The notes beneath the pieces were generated by a model. That model made no database searches and had not been told where the DNA came from. It was given only the letters and a program-made list of their open reading frames with translations. Positions 1 to 12,545 of a stretch of DNA of 64,000 bases are shown here, in pieces; within the stretch, counting starts at the first letter, position 1; each line of letters begins with the position of its first letter. Made by a program: the position numbers and the translations under genes. Origin of the DNA: Eimeria praecox (taxonomy: Eukaryota); assembly GCA_963920595.1 (NCBI GenBank), contig OY986946.1, forward strand, positions 248,001 through 312,000, in the 5' to 3' direction.

Positions 1-3000
1 CGCTCAACGAACGCACCTTCATTCTCTCTCTCAAACTCTCCACTCCTATACTCCACACTGTCACCACTCACCTCTGCTCCTATTTGCAAACCTAGCACAA
101 TCCACCACGCCTTTACAGCCACTTCGCGGCGGACAACTAGCTCACTTCCTGTGAACAACCATTCCTAATGCCCCACACCTTGTTAACGTTAACGCACCAT
201 GCTACCCTCTCTGCACATACCCCGACCCAGGCGAAATAGAGTCAACACCTGCCTCTGCTCCTGAATGCAAACCCACATCAAAACATGCGCCTATACAGGA
301 AGGCCGCAGCAAACGATCTAACTCACCTTCTGTCAAACACAGCACCCACTCTCACACACCATCCGCTCCAAGCCCACCTGCCTCCGCTCTCTGCATGTGT
401 CCCTTACCATACTCAACAGCCATAACACCTGCCTCTCGTACGAAATCGCAACCTATCCCAAATCGTCGGTGTCTCTAGTCAGCATGGGCACCCTTGAGCA
501 CCTTCTGTAAAACACCACAACTACGCCAGCACATGCAGCTTATCCTGAATGCGCCTTCTTGCTCTCCCTTCTTATATCTGCCTCCAGCCATCTGCCCCCA
601 TGCTTAACGCCTCCAAGACATGCCTGCGCTGCTGAATGGGCATCTAGCTGAAATAACCCTCTTCCCTAAAAATCAACAATCAACACAAGCCACCATGCGC
701 ACCTTCTGTGAAACATCACACCTACTCCCGCACACCATGCTCCCTCAACACCCATTGCTGCTCTATCTCCACATACCCATATCCCTCTCCAAAAGCACCT
801 CCTCAAATACCTGCCTCTGCGTCCCAGTGCAAGCGCACATCATATCGACAGCCTGCCTAAACAAGCTGCCCCCAACCGCTTTGCGCACCCTCTGGAAAAC
901 ATCACACCTGCTACAATACGCCATGCCCGCTCAGCCTATACCAGCCCCCACACCTCGAAATACTTGACACGATCGCCACCGTCATCTGCCCTCATGTGCC
1001 AAAGTTTCTCAAACAACACATGCGTACAAACACGCCACTTCGGACCACCAACACACCTCCTGTGAAACACCACACCCACTGCCATACACCATACACAGTC
1101 ACCCCACCTAGCTGCTCCCTCTTAGCACGCCCCCCACCCCTACAGTACAACGTTCATCATCACATCCGCCTCAGACCAAGCAAGCCCTACCCATACCACG
1201 CGTGCTCACATAAACACCAACACCTCACGATACGCACTTCCTGCGAAACACCACATCCTCTCCCACACACACTGCACCCTCAAAACATTCTCCACCCGCC
1301 CCCTGCAGACAGTTATCGGTCGGTCCCCATCAACTCCAAATAAAATCCCTGATCACCCTCATCAACCCAAACAAACATCAAACCGCCCTCCTGCGTCTGT
1401 AGACGTTCCAGCGTACACAGCCCTACTCACCTCCTGTGAAACACCATGTAGATATCTACTCCCACGCAGCATACGCGCTCAACGAACGCACCTTCATTCT
1501 CTCTCTCAAACTCTCCACTCCTATACTCCACACTGTCACCACTCACCTCTGCTCCTATTTGCAAACCTAGCACAATCCACCACGCCTTTACAGCCACTTC
1601 GCGGCGGACAACTAGCTCACTTCCTGTGAACAACCATTCCTATTGCCCCACACCTTGTTAACGTTAACGCACCATGCTACCCTCTCTGCACATACCCCGA
1701 CCCAGGCGAAATAGAGTCAACACCTGCCTCTGCTCCTGAATGCAAACCCACATCAAAACATGCGCCTATACAGGAAGGCCGCAGCAAACGATCTAACTCA
1801 CCTTCTGTCAAACACAGCACCCACTCTCACACACCATCCGCTCCAAGCCCACCTGCCTCCGCTCTCTGCATGTGTCCCTTACCATACTCAACAGCCATAA
1901 CACCTGCCTCTCGTACGAAATCGCAACCTATCCCAAATCGTCGGTGTCTCTAGTCAGCATGGGCACCCTTGAGCACCTTCTGTAAAACACCACAACTACG
2001 CCAGCACATGCAGCTTATCCTGAATGCGCCTTCTTGCTCTCCCTTCTTATATCTGCCTCCAGCCATCTGCCCCCATGCTTAACGCCTCCAAGACATGCCT
2101 GCGCTGCTGAATGGGCATCTAGCTGAAATAACCCTCTTCCCTAAAAATCAACAATCAACACAAGCCACCATGCGCACCTTCTGTGAAACATCACACCTAC
2201 TCCCGCACACCATGCTCCCTCAACACCCATTGCTGCTCTATCTCCACATACCCATATCCCTCTCCAAAAGCACCTCCTCAAATACCTGCCTCTGCGTCCC
2301 AGTGCAAGCGCACATCATATCGACAGCCTGCCTAAACAAGCTGCCCCCAACCGCTTTGCGCACCCTCTGGAAAACATCACACCTGCTACAATACGCCATG
2401 CCCGCTCAGCCTATACCAGCCCCCACACCTCGAAATACTTGACACGATCGCCACCGTCATCTGCCCTCATGTGCCAAAGTTTCTCAAACAACACATGCGT
2501 ACAAACACGCCACTTCGGACCACCAACACACCTCCTGTGAAACACCACACCCACTGCCATACACCATACACAGTCACCCCACCTAGCTGCTCCCTCTTAG
2601 CACGCCCCCCACCCCTACAGTACAACGTTCATCATCACATCCGCCTCAGACCAAGCAAGCCCTACCCATACCACGCGTGCTCACATAAACACCAACACCT
2701 CACGATACGCACTTCCTGCGAAACACCACATCCTCTCCCACACACACTGCACCCTCAAAACATTCTCCACCCGCCCCCTGCAGACAGTTATCGGTCGGTC
2801 CCCATCAACTCCAAATAAAATCCCTGATCACCCTCATCAACCCAAACAAACATCAAACCGCCCTCCTGCGTCTGTAGACGTTCCAGCGTACACAGCCCTA
2901 CTCACCTCCTGTGAAACACCATGTAGATATCTACTCCCACGCAGCATACGCGCTCAACGAACGCACCTTCATTCTCTCTCTCAAACTCTCCACTCCTATA

Positions 3001-4840
3001 CTCCACACTGTCACCACTCACCTCTGCTCCTATTTGCAAACCTAGCACAATCCACCACGCCTTTACAGCCACTTCGCGGCGGACAACTAGCTCACTTCCT
3101 GTGAACAACCATTCCTATTGCCCCACACCTTGTTAACGTTAACGCACCATGCTACCCTCTCTGCACATACCCCGACCCAGGCGAAATAGAGTCAACACCT
3201 GCCTCTGCTCCTGAATGCAAACCCACATCAAAACATGCGCCTTTACAGGAAGGCCGCAGCAAACGATCTAACTCACCTTCTGTCAAACACAGCACCCACT
3301 CTCACACACCATCCGCTCCAAGCCCACCTGCCTCCGCTCTCTGCATGTGTCCCTTACCATACTCAACAGCCATAACACCTGCCTCTCGTACGAAATCGCA
3401 ACCTATCCCAAATCGTCGGTGTCTCTAGTCAGCATGGGCACCCTTGAGCACCTTCTGTAAAACACCACAACTACGCCAGCACATGCAGCTTATCCTGAAT
3501 GCGCCTTCTTGCTCTCCCTTCTTATATCTGCCTCCAGCCATCTGCCCCCATGCTTAACGCCTCCAAGACATGCCTGCGCTGCTGAATGGGCATCTAGCTG
3601 AAATAACCCTCTTCCCTAAAAATCAACAATCAACAGAAGCCACCATGCGCACCTTCTGTGAAACATCACACCTACTCCCGCACACCATGCTCCCTCAACA
3701 CCCACTGCTGCTCTATCTCCACATACCCATATCCCTCTCCAAAAGCACCTCCTCAAATACCTGCCTCTGCGTCCCAGTGCAAGCGCACATCATATCGACA
3801 GCCTGCCTAAACAAGCTGCCCCCAACCGCTTTGCGCACCCTCTGGAAAACATCACACCTGCTACAGTACGCCATGCCCGCTCAGCCTATACCAGCCCCCA
3901 CACCTCGAAATACTTGACACGTTCGCCACCGCCATCTGCCCTCATGTGCCAAAGTTTCTCAAACAAAACATGCGTACAAACACGCCACTTCGGACCACCA
4001 ACACACCTCCTGTGAAACACCACACCCACTGCCATACACCATACACAGTCACCCCACCTAGCTGCTCCCTCTTAGCACGCCCCCCACCCCTACAGTACAA
4101 CGTTCATCATCACATCCGCCTCAGACCAAGCAAGCCCTACCCATACCACGCGTGCTCACATAAACACCAACACCTCACGATACGCACTTCCTGCGAAACA
4201 CCACATCCTCTCCCACACACACTGCACCCTCAAAACATTCTCCACCCGCCCCCTGCAGACAGTTATCGGTCGGTCCCCATCAACTCCAAATAAAATCCCT
4301 GATCACCCTCATCAACCCAAACAAACATCAAACCGCCCTCCTGCGTCTGTAGACGTTCCAGCGTACACAGCGCTACTCACCTCCTGTGAAACACCATGTA
4401 GATATCTACTCCCACGCAGCATACGCGCTCAACGAACGCACCTTCATTCTCTCTCTCAAACTCTCCACTCCTATACTCCACACTGTCACCACTCACCTCT
4501 GCTCCTATTTGCAAACCTAGCACAATCCACCACGCCTTTACAGCCACTTCGCGGCGGACAACTAGCTCACTTCCTGTGAACAACCATTCCTATTGCCCCA
4601 CACCTTGTTAACGTTAACGCACCATGCTACCCTCTCTGCACATACCCCGACCCAGGCGAAATAGAGTCAACACCTGCCTCTGCTCCTGAATGTAAACCCA
4701 CATCAAAACATGCGCCTATACAGGAAGGCCGCAGCAAACGATCTAACTCACCTTCTGTCAAACACAGCACCCACTCCCACACACCATCCGCTCCAAGCCC
4801 ACCTGCCTCTCTCTCTGCATGTATCCCTTCCCAGACTCAA
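1..4840. repeat. Tandem array of a 1,475-bp unit, ~3.3 near-identical copies (continues off the left edge). Each unit is 8 diverged ~184-bp subunits.
   Basis: Identical ORF-track hits recur at 620/2095/3570 and 996/2471/3946 (offset 1475). The subunit motif cac-NNN-ctg(t/c/g)gaaacaccac recurs every 168-201 bp. The + strand is strongly C/A-rich. Similarity ends at ~4840. Confidence 0.97.
146..4754 (-). CDS. Candidate array of 26 three-nucleotide micro-exons encoding K(EEEERKKK)3E, an ER/K-type charged helix segment (partial gene)
   Basis: Exons start at + coordinates 146, 327, 502, 703, 889, 1057, 1238 and 1431, repeating at +1475 and +2950, plus 4571 and 4752. On the minus strand each is CAG|NNN|GTG with codons GAA, AAG, AAG, AAG, AGG, GAG, GAA, GAG and donors GTGAGC, GTGAGT, GTGCTC, GTGCGC, GTGCGC, GTGTGT, GTGCGT, GTGAGT. 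Introns are 165-198 nt. Phase 0 is assumed. Confidence 0.75.
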
Positions 4841-7299
4841 GGGGTCCAACATTTAATGTGCTGACGCTGCCGTGTGGTGTTTTCAGAGGGCATGCGGCAT
4901 GCGTCCGAGGTTAGAAACGCAACGGTCAACCTTGCAGATGCTTAGCGGCAGGGTCATGTCAGCTGGCATCTCTCCCGAGTATTCACTGAGGTTTTCAATG
5001 CACTCAGCATTCTTTGCTTCCTGCAGGTACTTCGGTTCCAGGTTGCTAGCCTTAGCATCGGAGGCATGCCTTTTAAGCATAAGACGACCACCATATGCTA
5101 CTTGCTGCAATGCCTCACAGCATTTTGCAAAACATGATAAACCCCGCCTTTTGTCTGCTGCTTGTTAGTCAGTAATTACGCATGGCGAGCAGTTTCCTTT
5201 AGTGGCTTCTCCCAGTGGGTCACTCTACTCTTCACCCTGTCACCGTGAAGCTCCACGATGCGCATGCTGCACAAATGCACTGCAAATACATCTTCTCGTT
5301 AAAACCTCAGGACATGGGATGGACACGAAGACGCAGATGGTGGTGATGGAGACCTACTTTCTTCATGCATCACTTGCTACAAGGATAAATTGTGGCTTGT
5401 GATACACCGAGGCTAACAGCAAAGGCAACTAACGATCGATATCCCCTACGGAAACAGCGTTTTCAGAACATCACGAGCCGTGCCCGCCTTCGTGCTTACC
5501 CCTGTCACCAGATGATGCAGGTGCCATGTTTCTGAACAGAAATTGCTCGACAGCCGCATAAGCATAACTAAGGCTCCTTAGCTCACCGGCCGCATTATAT
5601 ATGTGCAAACGACTTAGCATCTCTATCGGAAGCGTTGAGCATGCGGAGCTGAGAAACCCTCCTGCAAAGCCAGTCATCCAGGCAGCACGCCGAACCACTG
5701 TTAAGGCATCCGCACGCTGGAGAGCTAAATGCATTGGCGTGCCTCTCTCAGGATCAGTTCCAAGCTGCGTGCTGTAAACGCGTCCAATCACGGCCAATCC
5801 AGTGCACTGGCGTCCGCACTCTCCTTCCTACTCCCAGAGGGCCCGTCCTGTTCTGGAGCTGTTCCCCATCAGCACGCGAACCGCGGGTGATGGGAAAGGC
5901 GTGTTGGCTGTTTTGAACCGGTGCAGATGTACCTTCTGGACTCCTGAATGCCGGTAGGCAGTCAGAGTGGCTCCTGTGATGCGGGTCATCCGCTGCCCGC
6001 CCTAACCTATTCGTCATTTTCGCACATTCCAGCAGACAGTGCCCGGATGCGCTCCATCGCTGCAGTGAGAGGCATTCATTACTAATGCCCACCGTCACGC
6101 TGCATAAGCAGGCTCTTCAGGGCAGAGAATGACAAGCCTGTTTAACGATGAAGGGGCGACGGCGTAAGCAGCGTGAACCGCGAGCCGCACACCAGCGCGG
6201 TTTGTGAAGATTCCTGATCCACATACGGAGCTAGTGCCAATACGAAGCAGGACGACTAAACGCCTGCTTAGGCAGTGAGGACCTTAGTTGTCCGTACCCA
6301 ATCAAGCTACTGCATATATCGCAGGAAGCATTGCTGTTCAGCCTAACACCACAACCACGTGTTAGGGGTTGCAATGCCGAACGGCAAGGTGAAATTGAAC
6401 ACTTTTTCTGCTGCTTGCGTAGGAGCTGCGGCATGGTAGGCATCTCCTGGCTTCTCTGAACGCCATACTTTACCGCACCCGTCAACGCCTTAAAGCCTCC
6501 CGATATGTATAACTCTCCAGTGCATTGCAACATCGCTGGTTAGAAACTACAATAAAGACACGGAGTTGGCATTTAGAAGCAAGCCTACTCTCTGTAAGCA
6601 TCACTAGCTACAAGCACACTTGCTTCCTGAAACAGCAGCGGCGCACAGGCAAGGAAACCTGGCGCGCAAATGACACTTCAAAAGCCATCCACAGCATTAA
6701 ACGACATCCTCCATGCCTATGCTAGCAGACGATGCTTCTGCCAAGGCTGTCAACAGTCAACGCTCAATTTCTCCGTAGAATTGTAGGTGGTCATGGATCT
6801 AATCCTTGTCACTGCACGTGCTGGGGTCACCTGCTAAACGAGTTTGCAGAGGTTCACTCAGCTTTGAACTGCTGCTCAGAACCCTGTTGCTTATCAACGT
6901 GCACGCATTGAAACTCGGTTGCGGTGTGTGTGGGACACGCTCGTGGTTATCGACGGCAGCCCATTTGCGGTGTTGGGGCCCACCGGCCAACTTGTGCGCG
7001 TTCGAAACCCTACCCATAATATTTGTCACAAACTACGAGCGTGAAGTGTTTACCACACGCTGAATCACCACTATGCGCATTCCTGGGTGCTAGTGGCTTC
7101 GGCACAACCGCTGAAGGACCCTCCCAGGATATATGGTGCAGCCGTGCTTCTCCAGCAGCCAAGAAGAGCATCGCCATTCGCACTCGGCATCTTTCCTTGT
7201 CTTCTTACCCAGTCCCGCCAAATCTCTTCGCTAGCGAGCAAAACGCTGAAAAATGCCGATATGTTTAGGATTTTTCTGGAGCTATCAACTCTGGCCTGC

Positions 7300-10200
7300 A
7301 AATACCCGGCCGACAGCAAATGGAGTCATTGATCCTTTACAGTCGAATCGTCTACGCTCAGGCATTACACATCTCTATCATGTCTGGGTATTCCTGGCTA
7401 GTCCTGCTTGCGCACAGGCTGTACAGATAGATGAAATGCCGGTATTGTGGAGAGGGTGAAGCCTTCACAACTAATTATGGAAGGGTTGAAACCTATCGTC
7501 CAGAAACTGCATGAAGCGACTAGTGTGAGCGACACCGCTTGTTACATTGAAGCATTGAGCAAACAACTTGTGTTCTGCGTAAAGGGATGCTAACGGCGTA
7601 TTGCAGACAACATACGTCGAGCCATGCCAAACCCCCAACGCCTTCACCGCAGAAACATCTAATGCGAGCTGCCGTCGCCTCAACACACGACCAATATGAC
7701 GTAACCGTTACGCTACACTCTCTTGCTGCACCGCATTCTTTGTCGGTGTATCACCTCCGCTCCTACAAGATTCGCATTCCCATTAACCTGACGTTCCACC
7801 TACTCGCATGATAAAACACCTCAACAAGCGTCACTGCGCCGGGCGGTCGTCCAAAGATATGCTACGGAGAGCGGGCAATATAGCATGAGTCTAACTGGTG
7901 GTGGCAGTGGCAAGCGGCCTGCTTCATCCCAAGCGCCCGTCCGATTCTCACGCGCAAGCCGGCTCCTGCCCTGCTGCGGATTTTGGAGCCAGTGAAGATA
8001 GGCTAAAAGCCGCTAACATCCGTTGCCCACATGTTGTCCTGATGCTTACCATGGCGCTGAGATATTAACGCCCATCCCAAAGTCCCGACGGCATTGCTGT
8101 TGCTTCGGCTAGCAATGCAACAGTAGTTTGCCACTCTGCCTCACGGAGAAACGTGTGAACACCCCAACTACTTGGGACTGTGAAGTTCCCTTGTGTAGCC
8201 TTGTGGAGAACTGTAGTGATCGCCGCTTGGCCGACACATCTAGAGCGGCATTAGAACGCGAGTATACCTCCTTGCATCCCCCCGAACCTTCGCTGCCCTT
8301 AACGCCAGTGCATGACACAACTGTAGGCAAGGGAATGAACGGCAATGAACAGAATGTCGTAGGCCCTAATCAACGTGCCTCCCTGTGTTGCTGATTTAGC
8401 GGGGTAGGCAGCTCGACGGAGGTCTGGTGGATGCGGAAACGCACTGGCTGCACAGAAGTGCACGATAACGCAGCAACATCCAGCTTACGCTCGCTAGATG
8501 CCACTCGCCTAGCGCAAAGTGTTCGTTTGCGTGCAAAGCCCTGCTTCAAAATGCTGATGAGCGTTGGCATTTTAGCAGCCTTCAGCCCGGGGATGCAAAT
8601 GGCCGGCCGACAGCAAATGGAGTCATTGATCTTTTACAGTCGAATCGTCTACGCTCAGGCATTACACATCTCCATCATGTCTGGGTATTCCTGGCTAGTC
8701 CTGCTTGCGCACAGGCTGTACAGATAGATGAAATGCCGGTATTGTGGAGAGGGTGAAGGCTTCACAACTAATTATGGAAGGGTTGAAACCTATCGTCCAG
8801 AAACTGCATGAAGCGACTAGTGTGAGCGACACCGCTTGTTACATTGAAGCATTGAGCAAACAACTTGTGTTCTGCGTAAAGGGATGCTAACGGCGTATTG
8901 CAGACAACATACGTCGAGCCATGCCAAACCCCCAACGCTTTCACCGCAGAAACATCTAATGCAAGCTGCCGTCGCCTCAACACACGACCAATATGACGTA
9001 ACCGTTACGCTACACTCTCTTGCGGCACCGCATTCTTTGTCGGTGTATCACCTCCGCTCCTACAAGATTCGCATTCCCATTAACCTGACGTTCCACCTAC
9101 TCGCATGATAAAACACCTCAACAAGCGTCACTGCGCCGGGCGGTCGTCCAAAGATATGCTACGGAGAGCGGGCAATATAGCATGAGTCTAACTGGTGGTG
9201 GCAGTGGCAAGCGGCCTGCTTCATCCCAAGCGCCCGTCCGATTCTCACGCGCAAGCCGGCTCCTGCCCTGCTGCGGATTTTGGAGCCAGTGAAGATAGGC
9301 TAAAAGCCGCTAACATCCGTTGCCCACATGTTGTCCTGATGCTTACCATGGCGCTGAGATATTAACGCCCATCCCAAAGTCCCGACGGCATTGCTGTTGC
9401 TTCGGCTAGCAATGCAACAGTAGTTTGCCACTCTGCCTCACGGAGAAACGTGTGAACACCCCAACTACTTGGGACTGTGAAGTTCCCTTGTGTAGCCTTG
9501 TGGAGAACTGTAGTGATCGCCGCTTGGCCGACACATCTAGAGCGGCATTAGAACGCGAGTATACCTCCTTGCATCCCGCCGAAGCTTCGCTGCCCTTAAC
9601 GCCAGTGCATGAAACAACTGTAGGCAAGGGAATGAACGGCAATGAACAGAATGTCGTAGGCCCTAGGCAACGTGCCTCCCTGTGTTGCTGATTTAGCGGG
9701 GTAGGCAGCTCGACGGAGGTCTGGTGGATGCGGAAACGCACTGGCTGCACAGAAGTGCACGATAACGCAGCAACATCCAGCTTACGCTCGCTAGATGCCA
9801 CTCGCCTAGCGCAAAGTGTTCGTTTGCGTGCAAAGCCCTGCTTCAAAATGCTGATGAGCGTTGGCATTTTAGCAGCCTTCAGCCCGGGGATGCAAATGGC
9901 CGGCCGACAGCAAATGGAGTCATTGATCTTTTACAGTCGAATCGTCTACGCTCAGGCATTACACATCTCCATCATGTCTGGGTATTCCTGGCTAGTCCTG
10001 CTTGCGCACAGGCTGTACAGATAGATGAAATGCCGGTATTGTGGAGAGGGTGAAGCCTTCACAACTAATTATGGAAGGGTTGAAACCTATCGTCCAGAAA
10101 CTGCATGAAGCGACTAGTGTGAGCGACACCGCTTGTTACATTGAAGCATTGAGCAAACAACTTGTGTTCTGCGTAAAGGGATGCTAACGGCGTATTGCAG

Positions 10201-11050
10201 ACAACATACGTCGAGCCATGCCAAACCCCCAACGCCTTCACCGCAGAAACATCTAATGCGAGCTGCCGTCGCCTCAACACACGACCAATATGACGTAACC
10301 GTTACGCTACACTCTCTTGCTGCACCGCATTCTTTGTCGATGTATCACCTCCGCTCCTACAAGATTCGCATTCCCATTAACCTGACGTTCCACCTACTCG
10401 CATGATAAAACACCTCAACAAGCGTCACTGCGCCGGGCGGTCGTCCAAAGATATGCTACGGAGAGCGGGCAATATAGCATGAGTCTAACTGGTGGTGGCA
10501 GTGGCAAGCGGCCTGCTTCATCCCAAGCGCCCGTCCGATTCTCACGCGCAAGCCGGCTCCTGCCCTGCTGCGGATTTTGGAGCCAGTGAAGATAGGCTAA
10601 AAGCCGCTAACATCCGTTGCCCACATGTTGTCCTGATGCTTACCATGGCGCTGAGATATTAACGCCCATCCCAAAGTCCCGACGGCATTGCTGTTGCTTC
10701 GGCTAGCAATGCAACAGTAGTTTGCCACTCTGCCTCACGGAGAAACGTGTGAACACCCCAACTACTTGGGACTGTGAAGTTCCCTTGTGTAGCCTTGTGG
10801 AGAACTGTAGTGATCGCCGCTTGGCCGACACATATAGAGCGGCATTAGAACGCGAGTATACCTCCTTGCATCCCGCCGAAGCTTCGCTGCCCTTAACGCC
10901 AGTGCATGAAACAACTGTAGGCAAGGGAATGAACGGCAATGAACAGAATGCCGTAGGCCCTAGGCAACGTGCCTCCCTGTGTTGCTGATTTAGCGGGGTA
11001 GGCAGCTCGACGGATGTCTGGCGGATGCGGAAACGCACTGGCTGCACAGA
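7300..11050. repeat. Tandem array of a 1,297-bp unit, ~2.9 copies (a further ~1.5 copies at ~13480-15370)
   Basis: Near-identical sequence at 7471/8768/10065 (offset 1297) and again at 13654. Confidence 0.95.
7416..11041 (-). CDS. Candidate Pro micro-exons in the 1,297-bp array: CCT at 7416, 8713, 10010 and CCA at 8445, 9742, 11039
   Basis: Minus strand reads tgtaCAG|CCT|GTGCGC and tgtgCAG|CCA|GTGCGT. The diverged paralogous site at 15530 keeps CAG|ACT|GTACGT. Confidence 0.45.
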
Positions 11051-11601
11051 CGTTCACGATACTGCAGCAACAGCCACTTGTGGCGCCCCCCTTTTCCATG
11101 CATATTATCCCATTGTAGCATGTTCTTCAGAAATTATCCTTGCAGCGGGTCAGGGGTGCTCGAGGTGGATGCGTCTCTATCAAATGCCTCTAACGCCTCA
11201 GTAATAGCCACCCACAGGTGCTGTACGGTGTCCAGGCTTCCCGCTGGCTCAGAGGAGGCACCAATCAGAGTGGGGCGCTTATTTTCCACGGCGGCCAGTA
11301 GTGCATACCAGAAGGATATTGGCCATGTAGTGAGCAAACCACAGTCGAATCCCTAACGTTATTCGGGCTGGAGGGCCACCCGGCAAGACGCAAAGCTGTT
11401 TGAGCGCTGGACAGGTGCAGTGCTGCTCGCAGGAGTGCTAACTTCACCGCTCATTGTTGTAGAGTTGGTGGCGCCTCCCGGAAGCGTTTCCACGCAAAGC
11501 CAGACAACAGAAAGATGACGCTTGTGCAAAGCGTGAGCGACGCCTGCGCTGTTCGCACACAAGACGCTCGCTCCGACTGCGAAAAATAGAGGCGCACTTA
11601 C

Positions 11602-11676
11602 CCAGAAACGCCATATACTGCATTGGGGATTTTCACGGCGTAGTATTGCTAATCGCGACTTGCTGCCCCCCCCCAT
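11602..11676 (-). CDS. Possible initial exon (ATG, 25 codons, phase-0 GTAAGT donor); second copy at 16093-16167
   Basis: ATG at 11676 gives MGGGSKSRLAILRRENPQCSIWRFW, followed immediately by a perfect GTAAGT. It lies just inside the 5' (minus-strand) edge of both duplicated blocks. Confidence 0.25.
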
Positions 11677-12008
11677 GCTCCGCGCGGGCTACCAGGGGAA
11701 CCGCAGGGAACGGAACGCCCTGTGGATTCCCTGTTCGTCGCGGGCTGCTTGGGAGCTCGCCGAGAGTCGTCTTGCGCACGATGCCATTGAGGCGCCGCAA
11801 CCGAAGATGAGCGCATCTCCAATTAGCAGCGGAAGAAGGGGACACCGTGTGTGGAGTAGCATATCTACTGTCACGCACTATGCTCTGTGAAACCGCCTTG
11901 TTGCTCGCTCTGCAAATATTGGTTGCCTTACTAAGCTGCTTCACCACTAGCTCATGAAACAAAAAGCACACCTTGGTACAGATAGGCCAGGATAGAGGCT
12001 GCACACAC

Positions 12009-12367
12009 CTTCTGTAAAATACCATGATTGCCGGTGGCTACCATGCTGCGTGAAAGTTCCCTGCTGCTCTGTCTGAAGATGCGCCTTTATATACTCAGAG
12101 ATATCAATACGTCTTTACAGCTGAAGGCGAACGCGCCTCAAGTTACTGGTGTGTATATACAGTCAGCGTGGGCCACCATGCTCACCTTCTGTGTAATGCC
12201 ACGTACGGTACCGCCTACCACAAGCCGATGGCCTGCCTCGGTGCACTCTCCTCAAGTATTCGTCCCATATTCAGTGACTGCACCACTAATATCTGCTCCT
12301 GAATGCGCAAGTAGGTCAAATCACTTGTAGGGGAAGGCATGCCGCATCAGGCCAGGCAGCTCACCTT
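12009..12367 (-). CDS. Three AAG (Lys) single-codon micro-exon candidates at 12365, 12186 and 12009
   Basis: ttcgCAG|AAG|GTGAGC, tacaCAG|AAG|GTGAGC and tttaCAG|AAG|GTGTGT, with introns of 176 and 174 nt. Intron sequence resembles the 1,475-bp array introns (tctgctcctgaatgc at ~12292 vs ~254). Confidence 0.65.
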
Positions 12368-12545
12368 CTGCGAAACACCACACCTGCTGCCATCCACCAG
12401 ACACCATGAATGCTCCATGTTGCCCTCCCTACAAACATCGATTCCATGTTGATTCCCCACTGGTGGATTGCTGGCCTATGACCCCAAATACAACAGTAGC
12501 TTTGGTACGATATTTTACTGGCAGGGCGCACGAGACAACCAGAGC

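Larger units (their letters stand above)
6363..11720. repeat. Segmental duplication, copy 1 (paralogous to ~12546-16210)
   Basis: ORF-track pairs 6525/12708, 6806/12989 and 7253/13436 share offset 6183. The right parts (11359-11676 vs 15850-16167) also match. The two copies differ in the number of internal 1,297-bp units. Confidence 0.93.

Noticed and set aside
620..4293. His/Pro/Thr-rich 115-aa + strand ORFs in each 1,475-bp unit
   Set aside because: Their composition simply reflects the C/A skew. The recurring 'TFCETSH/TSCETPH' peptides are antisense read-outs of the splice-site motif and fall in different frames.
140..4770. CRISPR-like appearance (short motif plus spacer)
   Set aside because: The motif is degenerate, the spacers are ~160-190 bp and related to each other, the spacers repeat in a higher-order unit, and no cas genes are present.
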